Source: a virus. From it: 64,000 nt of DNA. A program made the position numbers and the translations under genes. The notes below the pieces were generated by a model. It was not told the DNA's origin. It worked only from the letters and a program-made list of their open reading frames with translations, and did no database searches. Position 1 is the first letter of the stretch. Each line of letters begins with the position of its first letter. Shown here in pieces: positions 41,508-49,295 of this stretch. The stretch lies in IMG/VR virus record IMGVR_UViG_3300047509_000177, positions 27,382-91,381 of that record; one strand, written 5' to 3'.

Positions 41508-41983
41508 TGTCTGTTTCAGGTCTATCAAATAAGCATGTTCATACGGCAGTAAATTTGACGCTACAAGCTGCTGTATTGGGATACCATCGTGCTTCTCAGT
41601 GTAGATATACACAGGGGCCACAGCGCTGGGAAGGTATTCAGAAGAATAAGAAAGCTTGGCGTGGAGAATTTCCTGTGTATAGTGATTGTTCTGCGTATGC
41701 TACGTGGTGCTTATGGAATGGTTTAGGCCATTTTCATCATTCAGATACGGTAAATGGGCAGCATTGGCTTGGGGGGTATACAGGAACTCTCCTTCAGCAT
41801 GGAAAGCGCGTAAATAATCCTATTCCCGGTGATCTGATAATCTACGGAACTTCTTGGCCTGGAGAGCATGTCAGTATCTATACTGGTGGTGGTCTTGTAG
41901 TATCTCATGGTGGTGACCCTGGTCCGCTTTTGCTGCCGTGGCGCTATAGAAGTGATGTTCTTTCAATTAGAAGATATATTTAA
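41504..41983 (+). CDS. NlpC/P60 endolysin
   Basis: DCS, GYTGT, PGDL, HV..Y, SHG. Confidence 0.85.
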   Translation: MMSVSGLSNKHVHTAVNLTLQAAVLGYHRASQCRYTQGPQRWEGIQKNKKAWRGEFPVYSDCSAYATWCLWNGLGHFHHSDTVNGQHWLGGYTGTLLQHGKRVNNPIPGDLIIYGTSWPGEHVSIYTGGGLVVSHGGDPGPLLLPWRYRSDVLSIRRYI

Positions 41984-42082
41984 TAATGTTTAATGGACCA
42001 TTTAGATATAAACATTATAAAATAGGGAAAGTAGATGTTAAAATTCAGTCATCAGTAAGAATGTGGTTAAAAGGAAAATTAA

Positions 42083-42768
42083 ATGAGCTTTGAAATAACA
42101 CAGGCAGAAGGAACGGCGCAGGAATTAAGTGTTGATCTTTCTAAACCAGAGCAGCATGAACGAGAAGAAGCTGTAATGCCTGTTATTACTAAGGCTATTA
42201 CAGAGATTGTAGAGTCTCTTGGCGGATATCTATCAGTCTCAGCGAATGGAAATATTAATCCTGTTTCTGGCGAGACTGGCGATGTAGTACAGATTTATAT
42301 TACTTCTTTACCTGCTCCTACTGTTGCTGCTACTCCGGCGCAAACTTCTCCGGTAGAAGAAAACCCTAGCCTTCTTAATCCAGAAAATAAGACTAATGAG
42401 GAAATAGAGAAGGAGGCACGGGAGAATATAGTTGCGGAGCAAGAAGTTTCCGAGAAAGTTGAACCTACCTATTATCCTCTTCCTCCTCCGCTCTTTTTCC
42501 ATTAATAAAATATACAGTAAATTTCTTCATCTAAACGGCAGACTCGACCGGCGGAGTAGCTTGAGCAATTTCCTGTGCTTCTGCTTGACCGGGAGTGACT
42601 TCTGACGCAATTTCTGCCGAATTTTCTGGAGCGACTGGAGGAATTAGTGCTCGTAGGGATTTTCCTGAATCGCAGAAGGCGTTTCTACGGTCGCTTTTGC
42701 CTCTGCTGCTGTTTTTGGTTCGCCTGGTGGGATAACAGAAGGTGTTTCTGTACTGGCAGGATTTTCAT
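42083..42768 (+). pseudogene. Pro/Glu/Thr-rich protein gene broken by an inversion
   Basis: Its continuation (YENPASTETPSVIPP...) is on the minus strand at 42768-42531. Confidence 0.65.
42471..42768. other. 298-bp inverted segment
   Basis: Reverse-complementing it puts both flanking genes in frame across the junctions. Confidence 0.75.
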
Positions 42769-42943
42769 ATAGACATTGAAACTATAAATGGTTTTGATTA
42801 TTCTAGAGAGAATAACACTCTTGTAGCTAAGATTATTTTATATGAAAGTTCTGATAGAAAAATAGGTTATAAGACTATAGTAAATGAAACTAAAAGAGAT
42901 GTTCATATAAATATGGAGAATGTATTATACATGGTAAGCAAAA

Positions 42944-43333
42944 ATGCCTGACCAAGATGCAATTAAAAGAGGGAGAGATTTCGAGAAACGTATAGCAGAT
43001 GTCTTAGGAGGAGCTCTACAGCCTGGAAGTGGTAATAAGTTCTATGCTCAAGGGGATGTAGTAGCAAACGGAATGACTATTAGTTGTAAGTCAGAAGTAA
43101 ATCTATCTTGGGCGAAAATACTTAGACATTTATATGAAGCGATTGAGATATCATATCAGGCAGGTAATATACCTGTTTTAGCTTTAGACGGTATAGAGAA
43201 TGAAGACTTGATCGTAATGAGACTGGAGGATCTAATCAAAGCTTTTCAAGAGGAAGTAAAAATTCCAGAGCATCATGATTCAAAAGGACTCCAGAAAAGA
43301 TCTACAGCAGAAATACCATTAATGCTGCGATGA
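42944..43333 (+). CDS. PD-(D/E)XK Holliday-resolvase-like nuclease
   Basis: GRDFEKRIA...PGSG...GDV...ISCK. Confidence 0.7.
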   Translation: MPDQDAIKRGRDFEKRIADVLGGALQPGSGNKFYAQGDVVANGMTISCKSEVNLSWAKILRHLYEAIEISYQAGNIPVLALDGIENEDLIVMRLEDLIKAFQEEVKIPEHHDSKGLQKRSTAEIPLMLR

Positions 43334-43474
43334 AAAGGAGTAAAAATGACTTTAGTAGGAGCTTTGGTTGTTATTGCAATAATAGTAGGAGTAATATATA
43401 TAGTGAGTAGAATCAGGTGAAATAATAATAAGAATTGGCACAAACATACATGACTCACCCACAGAACAGAGGGC

Positions 43475-43885
43475 ATGAAAGAGCGTGGAGGGCAAGTTCG
43501 CGCGGAAGTTATTCCTAACGCGAAAAGCGACACGCTCAAGCCCCGTGTTCGCAAGGCCGTACAAGCCGATTCAACTCTTTACACGGACCAGTGGAAGGGC
43601 TACCACGGCCTCGATGAGAACTTCGACCACCAGACCATCAACCACGCGGAACATTATGTTGACGGTCGAGTCCACACAAACGGAATTGAGAACTTCTGGT
43701 CACTACTAAAGAGAAGTTTGCATGGAACTTATGTATCAGTAGATCCTTCTCATCTTTTTAGATATCTTGACGAGAGAGTATTTGCTTTCAATCAAAGATA
43801 TCTCAGTGATTACGGACGTTTCGAGACTGTGCTACTGGCCGTGACCGGCCGCCGCTTGACGTACCTGGAATTGACTAGCACCTAA
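43475..43885 (+). CDS. IS1595 (ISXO2-like) transposase, C-terminal fragment
   Basis: YTD...Y...H..INH...HTNGIENFWSLLKR...HL.RYLDE; lacks the Zn ribbon, HTH and first catalytic Asp. Confidence 0.85.
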   Translation: MKERGGQVRAEVIPNAKSDTLKPRVRKAVQADSTLYTDQWKGYHGLDENFDHQTINHAEHYVDGRVHTNGIENFWSLLKRSLHGTYVSVDPSHLFRYLDERVFAFNQRYLSDYGRFETVLLAVTGRRLTYLELTST

Positions 43886-43964
43886 TTGTGCTACAGAGCG
43901 ACGTGCAGTAGCTGCTATTAACGAGCGAGCCCCGGCCGGAGGTCAGTCCGAACCGGGGCTCTAT

Positions 43965-44038
43965 GGTGGCGGTAGTTCAATTGGAAGAACTCCCGACTTA
44001 AAATCGGGATCGTGCGGGTTCGAGGCCCGTCCGCCACC
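43965..44038 (+). tRNA. Atypical tRNA: anticodon UAA, short variable loop, His-like G-1:C73 acceptor
   Basis: G-GTGGCGG/CCGCCAC-C, GTTC/GAAC D-stem, CCCGA-CTTAAAA-TCGGG, GCGGG-TTCGAGG-CCCGT. Confidence 0.85.
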
Positions 44039-44200
44039 TTTCTTTCAATCAAGAGGTTATCGAAAGAAAGAATTTTTTGGGAAAGTATCAATGATTTTCT
44101 TTGCTTCGCTGTTGCGGATGCTTTGGGTGAGTCATGTATGTTTGTGCCAAAGGATTTGCAGTCCTTTCCCTATCAATCTCGGGCATCGCCATACGCAGCT

Positions 44201-44764
44201 TTACGCTGCTGGTGTTTCTGGTGTCGGGGTAACTTCCGGCGCGGGTTCTGCCGGGTGTTCCTGTTCTACTGGAGGAGTAGGATTAACTGGAGGCTGTTCG
44301 GGAGTTTCACTCGGCGGAGTTTCTGCCGGAGGAGTCACCGCAGGAGCAGGAACTAGGCTCTTAGCCTTTTCTACTACGGGACCAAGGCTTTCCTTGACGC
44401 TGCGAATTGCGGCTAATTCTGCGTTATTTTCTGCCAGCTTGGTGGAGTCGGCAGCAAGCTCAGAGTTGGCCTGCGTGATTGATGCTTCCTTTTCAGTAAG
44501 AGAGGTCTGTAGAGAAGTAATCTCAGTAGCAAGCCGAGGGACAACTTCGGCTAGAGTAGTCTCCTCTACGCCCAATTCTTCTGCAAGTGTAGTCATTTTG
44601 TTTAACCTTTCGTTGAGTTCACAAAGTTTATTTTTGATATCATATAGTGTATCATTAAATGCAATATGATTAGTTAGTTCTCTATTATATTGAAGCTTAA
44701 ACTGTCTTTCTACATAATGCTCAAATTCTTCACCATTATTTCTAGCTATATTGTTTACATTCAT
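44201..44764 (-). CDS. Coiled-coil protein with Pro/Glu/Thr-rich tail
   Basis: RBS GGAG before the ATG; heptad pattern; PAETPP repeats. Confidence 0.6.
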   Translation of the reverse strand: MNVNNIARNNGEEFEHYVERQFKLQYNRELTNHIAFNDTLYDIKNKLCELNERLNKMTTLAEELGVEETTLAEVVPRLATEITSLQTSLTEKEASITQANSELAADSTKLAENNAELAAIRSVKESLGPVVEKAKSLVPAPAVTPPAETPPSETPEQPPVNPTPPVEQEHPAEPAPEVTPTPETPAA

Positions 44765-45630
44765 TTAATTCTCCATCTCAAAAATTCCTCCAACGGAAAA
44801 TTTCCTAGTGTGCTACAAATGTTCTACAAGTAGCTATCTTATCCGAGACTTTGATAGCTGATAGTGGCGATCGACCGGGAATTAGCATGTTATATATATT
44901 AGTTATGCTAATGCCTTCTCAGACCACAATTCACAAGTTTATAGCTGTACTACCCATTCTACTTGGTTTACGTTTACTAATGCTTTTATCGGCGAGTTTT
45001 GTCCGCCAGTGGGTTTTTCTTCTACTTCAACAAATCCTGCACCATCTTCTTTAGTTGCTTCTTTTGCTAATGTTTTCCATTCTGTTAAAGAAGTTGGTAT
45101 AGAACAATCTTTCTTTTCGGTATCCCCAGGAGAACCATAGGAATTTAGATATATTCGCACGCCTGCCATAATTAATATTCTATCACTGAACTAAGATCAT
45201 TTACATTAAGAGCAAATTTCTGTGTAGAAGTATTAGGGATTTCTAGACCTTGAGGGTCTTTAGTTCCAACAGCTAATTCAAATTCAAGAAATCCTGATTC
45301 TTCATGCACGGCAGTTTTTGCTTTTTCGAGATAATGGGCTAGGGTTGCAGATACCCCACCAACTTTAGAAGCATATTTTCTTTCTACATTGCCTGGAGCA
45401 GCAAATGTTTTGTAGTTCAGCAAGAGCTTTTCAGCCATTTGTAATATCTCCCATGAGAGTATTTTCTTTGTTCTATTTCGGCGCAAATCGCGCCGAGAGT
45501 GTCATGACAGGAGACAGTATACAGATAAATTGAGGGCTCTACTCATAGCGGCTACTACAGATAGAGCCCTCTGGCGGGAACGTTGATGGAGCGGGCTTTA
45601 ACGTGCCCATGGTGAGTATATCAGAATTTC

Positions 45631-45648
45631 GGTAGTGGGTCAGTTTGA
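45631..45648 (+). repeat. Solo IS1-family-like terminal repeat
   Basis: GGTAGTGGGTCAGTTTGA near the start of a GC-richer segment; no partner copy seen. Confidence 0.35.
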
Positions 45649-45697
45649 AATCTCAGCCTACAGCAGGTTGTAGTTCGCGCATGTCGAATCGAGAGCT

Positions 45698-46051
45698 ATG
45701 GCCTGGTTCAAGACTCATGGATGGCGCGTGCTCCTCGCGGCTGCTGTGCTCGCTATCGCGTTCTGGGCAAGCAATGAACACGGGGTACCGAAGAATCTCC
45801 CGGCCCCTGCTCTCGGCTGGCGGCTGCTCTTCCATGTAGAGCGTGCCGTAGTCTTGCTGACGGCCATTGGCGCGGTGCTTTTGGTCGGTTGGCGAGCACT
45901 ACACGGAGAGTTTCCCATCAAGTTCGGACAACTAGAATATGCTGCTAAAGAGACGGCCGATAAGACCGACAGTCTAACTGGAGTTTTTGAGCAAAGACTT
46001 CAACTCGTAGAGGGTTTGATCGGTATTGCGGACCCGGCCCCTAAGGAGTAG
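45698..46051 (+). CDS. Small two-TM membrane protein (GC-rich, host-like)
   Basis: Hydrophobic helices; codon usage unlike the phage core. Confidence 0.55.
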   Translation: MAWFKTHGWRVLLAAAVLAIAFWASNEHGVPKNLPAPALGWRLLFHVERAVVLLTAIGAVLLVGWRALHGEFPIKFGQLEYAAKETADKTDSLTGVFEQRLQLVEGLIGIADPAPKE

Positions 46052-46338
46052 AATGAGGACTTAATGACGACAGAGCAAAACAAATATTCGTACACCGGTG
46101 TCAACCTAACCCCTACTTCGTCTGAGCATGATCAACGTCGTGCAAAGCTTCTGGAGCAGGCCCGCAGAGAAGTTCCAGCACTACGTGAACAGGTGGCAGC
46201 AGATCGAGCCGCTCTGCGTCGTATCGCTAAATCGTAAGAACGCAGCTAGGAGGGAAAGACGAAACTAACTACGAAACGCCGGGCAAACATTGTGACGTAT
46301 AGCACAAAGACACCCTTGTGCTACAACTTCGCTAGATG

Positions 46339-46422
46339 TGCGGCAGACGGGACTCGAACCCGTAATCCGTGGTGGGAACCCGGGCTCTAGCCGGGCGCGT
46401 TTGCCAGTTTCGCCACTGCCGC
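46339..46422 (-). tRNA. Leu-type tRNA body with anticodon AGA (Ser)
   Basis: GCGGCAG/CTGCCGC, A73, D-arm GCGAAACTGGCAAACGC, CCCGG-CTAGAGC-CCGGG, long variable arm. Confidence 0.8.
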
Positions 46423-46520
46423 ATGTAGTGCTCTACCCCCTCCAGAGCAGTCGAGAAATACCCCAACCACCAAGTAACGATTGATACTAGAAATCTAATG
46501 ATGCTTGTGCTACAAATATG

Positions 46521-46605
46521 TGCGGCGGACAGGATTCGAACCTGCACGGTGCGATGCACCCCGACTTGATGAGGGCCGGTGCGTCTACCATTCCGCCACC
46601 GCCGC
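46521..46605 (-). tRNA. Leu-type tRNA body with a 9-nt anticodon loop centred on CAU
   Basis: GCGGCGG/CCGCCGC, A73, GCGGAATGGTAGACGC, CCGGC-CCTCATCAA-GTCGG, V-arm GGTGC-ATC-GCACC. Confidence 0.8.
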
Positions 46606-46761
46606 GAGTCCCGGCCTGATCCGCCGGGACTCCGCGCATTCTAGCCGCCTACTTCTGACCTTCTGCTCGCTCAATCAGCTGCTATCAGGCGGTTCGGACG
46701 GAACTTCTATCCGCTGCTGATCGAGGACTTATGCACAGTGCTCGGCTAAGATCGGCTGCAC

Positions 46762-46855
46762 GGAGGGCGCTCCTAAGTGGTGTGTGGGGCCGGGCCTTCA
46801 TCCCGGTGACCCGTCTGAGACACGGCGGCGATTGGTTCGATTCCAACGCCCTCCG
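46762..46855 (+). tRNA. Allo-tRNA-like gene (8/4 fold, selC-like appearance), loop CCUUCAU
   Basis: 8-bp acceptor GGAGGGCG/CGCCCTCC, G73, 4-bp T-stem TTGG-TTCGATT-CCAA, long variable arm. Confidence 0.7.
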
Positions 46856-47001
46856 CAAGCTTCAGCCGAGCTTGTAGAACAACAGCCTATCATTAGATTA
46901 TTTGTGCGGTACGTTACAAACTATCTTTGTGCTCTATGCCACTATCTAGTTTCGTCGTTAGTTTCGTAGATGCTGATTCTGTTGATTGATATTGTCTGGT
47001 C

Positions 47002-47247
47002 GTGTCACGCGACTTCAAAGCTCTCGCCGAAGTCCTTGAAAGAAAGGCGAGCGACCGATGCCCATCCTGTGGTGGGCACCAATGGGCTGACTTCCGCGCG
47101 GTAGCTCTCCTGCAATACGTTGACGCCCACGAGCCGATAACCGAGTGCTATGGGCTCCCTGTGCTGCCCTTCGCCTGCCTCAACTGCGGCTTCGTTCGGC
47201 TGCATTCGACCCGCATCCTCGAAGACCAGTTCAAGCCCGAGGTCTAA
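47002..47247 (+). CDS. Small Zn-ribbon protein
   Basis: CPSC...CLNCG; GC-rich; flanked by direct repeats. Confidence 0.65.
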   Translation: MSRDFKALAEVLERKASDRCPSCGGHQWADFRAVALLQYVDAHEPITECYGLPVLPFACLNCGFVRLHSTRILEDQFKPEV

Positions 47248-47533
47248 GTAGACTTTGTGTTTGATATCACGTACATTCATGAACTAAATCGTTTCGTAGG
47301 TCGTTTCGTGGATGCTGAGATTTTAAAGGCTCGAATCATGGTTGGTATGCTTGTGGCTTTCCTAATAGGGCACAGGCCGGGAAGTGGAGCGGGCAGCACC
47401 CGGCCAGGAGAGCCCTTGGAAAAGGCCCTGTAGTATCTGGCCGGGTGTCCGCTTTAGCGTACATCTGTGTGGTATTACGTTTCGTAGTTAGTTTCGTCTT
47501 TCCCTCCTTTAGACCCTAAAACAGATTTTATCA

Positions 47534-47605
47534 CGCCCCTGGCAAGAGTCGAACTCGCATCTCTCGGGTAGAAACCGAGTGCCTTTTCCGTTGGGCCACA
47601 GAGGC
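47534..47605 (-). tRNA. tRNA-Arg(UCU)
   Basis: GCCTCTG/CAGGGGC, A20, CTCGG-TTTCTAC-CCGAG, G73. Confidence 0.88.
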
Positions 47606-47711
47606 TAAGTTTGCGCTGGATAGTTTCAGCGCAGTTACATAGGTCTAAATTTTTATATATATCAATTTCGGACGGCATATAGCATCACATCCTATTCTCT
47701 AAATTGTGTTT

Positions 47712-48872
47712 TCAAAGAAAAGAAGATAAAACTGAGAATGAAGGCTTATGCGTTCTATTTTCCTTCTCTATACCATAATAAGCGTTTGATCCGTAATCTA
47801 CATAATTGAAGATTATAACCATATTGATATATTCTTTACTTTGACACCATTTTATGAAGTTAGAGATATTTTCTGCTTGCTGTTGTTCATTCCACTGTTG
47901 AGAATCACCAGTCGATGACTTTCCAACCGCAGTAGGCCATCCCACCTCTGTTATATATACTGGCTTTCCTGAAAGGTTATGAGCATCTTCTACTTGCTTT
48001 CTATCTCCCAGCGCGCCGCCGTGCTGACCGTTAGAACCACCATATGGATGTACAGTAACTCCATCGCAATAGTTGTATCCACCAAGCTTCTTTATTTCTT
48101 CTCCAAACTTATTTCCTACTCCGCCGCCGTCCCAGCTTGCCAGAATCTTCGGACGGATTTCCGCCGGGAAGTTATTTGCTAGTTCTTCGTGAACAACCTT
48201 TAAAAGATTAGTATATCCACTGTAGTTAGTAGGATCAGACCAGAACCAGCTTCCACCAGGCTCATTCAACACCTCCACACATTGCCCACCAAGATCTGTT
48301 TTTCCTGTCCAGAAAGTCCAGAAAGTTCCTCCCTTACCATACTTCTTGAAATGATTGACAATATTTTGAGCATATTCTTTGGTAGGAATTCGGCCGATGG
48401 TTCCACCTTCCCCAAATAGAGCACAAGCTAAAGTAATTCCGGCAGCAGAAGAATCTAGCATGTGCTGTTCGGTTACATAGGCATGAGAAAAACGCACATT
48501 TTTTACGGCCTTCGTAATATCGCTGTAAGATGAGCCTCCCCAACCGCCTGAGTCGAGCCCGATGATTAATTTAGAGGGGCTGGGAGCGGGCGTAGGAGTT
48601 GGTTCAGGGGCAGGAGTCGGCGCGGGGAGAGGAGTATTCTTAGTTTCCTTAGCAGCACCAGCAATAAGGGGCCGTACCCGGAATGCTGTTGGTAAAGTAG
48701 TTGATATTGTATATTTGTAATTCTTTGTAATTGTCTCAGACCATGCGGTAACTCCTTCTGGCTTCCATGCAATTAAGAACTCATAAAGATTTGTTGTTTC
48801 ATTTACTTCCCAAGTTAATTCAATTTCATTTACTTTGGGAATAGATTTCAAATTCTTTATTTCGATACTCAT
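47712..48872 (-). CDS. Clan GH-A glycoside hydrolase with N-terminal FN3-like domain and Pro/Thr linker
   Basis: EVLNEP acid/base, VHPYG, VYITEVGWPT nucleophile. Confidence 0.8.
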   Translation of the reverse strand: MSIEIKNLKSIPKVNEIELTWEVNETTNLYEFLIAWKPEGVTAWSETITKNYKYTISTTLPTAFRVRPLIAGAAKETKNTPLPAPTPAPEPTPTPAPSPSKLIIGLDSGGWGGSSYSDITKAVKNVRFSHAYVTEQHMLDSSAAGITLACALFGEGGTIGRIPTKEYAQNIVNHFKKYGKGGTFWTFWTGKTDLGGQCVEVLNEPGGSWFWSDPTNYSGYTNLLKVVHEELANNFPAEIRPKILASWDGGGVGNKFGEEIKKLGGYNYCDGVTVHPYGGSNGQHGGALGDRKQVEDAHNLSGKPVYITEVGWPTAVGKSSTGDSQQWNEQQQAENISNFIKWCQSKEYINMVIIFNYVDYGSNAYYGIEKENRTHKPSFSVLSSFL

Positions 48873-49295
48873 AGTATCTCCATTTATTGAGGATTCTTTA
48901 TTTCTTTATGAATTTTATGGTTATACTGTTCTCTGGGAAATATATTATGCCATTTACTTATTTTAGGATCGCATTGTGAACATAACAAAGATCTTTTCTT
49001 ATTAACTAGTCTATAATTAGACCAGAAATTACAAAGAGCAGTATTCTCTATACAATTGCATTTTTCACATCTAAACAGGCTCATTTAATATTTCTATTAT
49101 CAAGTTGATGAACTACAGCGAGAAGAATTCGCGCAGGATTGATTTGCCATTTATTATCCATTGATATAAATATACCATTCATCTTGTGGCATTCTTTTTA
49201 GCTCGCCAACCACGAGCTATAGGGGCTCTTGGTAAGATCAGCCAAGATGTAGGTAGTGCCATGGCACCCAATAATTTCGATAGTATAATTCATAT

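Larger units (their letters stand above)
43435..44150 (+). mobile_element. Non-autonomous IS1595-family derivative carrying a tRNA gene
   Basis: Perfect 27-bp inverted repeats ttggcacaaacatacatgactcaccca (43435-43461, 44124-44150) enclosing a transposase fragment and a tRNA. Confidence 0.85.
46248..47508. mobile_element. Inverted-repeat-bounded tRNA cassette
   Basis: Perfect 31-bp IR aggagggaaagacgaaactaactacgaaacg (46248-46278, 47478-47508); no recombinase inside; no TSD seen. Confidence 0.7.

Noticed and set aside
46762-46855. tRNA-Sec (selC) and a selenocysteine system
   Set aside because: The T-stem is 4 bp (8/4, not 8/5), UCA is out of register in the loop, and no selA/selB/selD or in-frame UGA selenoprotein was seen
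47372-47397. SRP RNA domain IV (CAGG...GGAA...AGC)
   Set aside because: The flanking helix does not pair and the AGCA motif is imperfect
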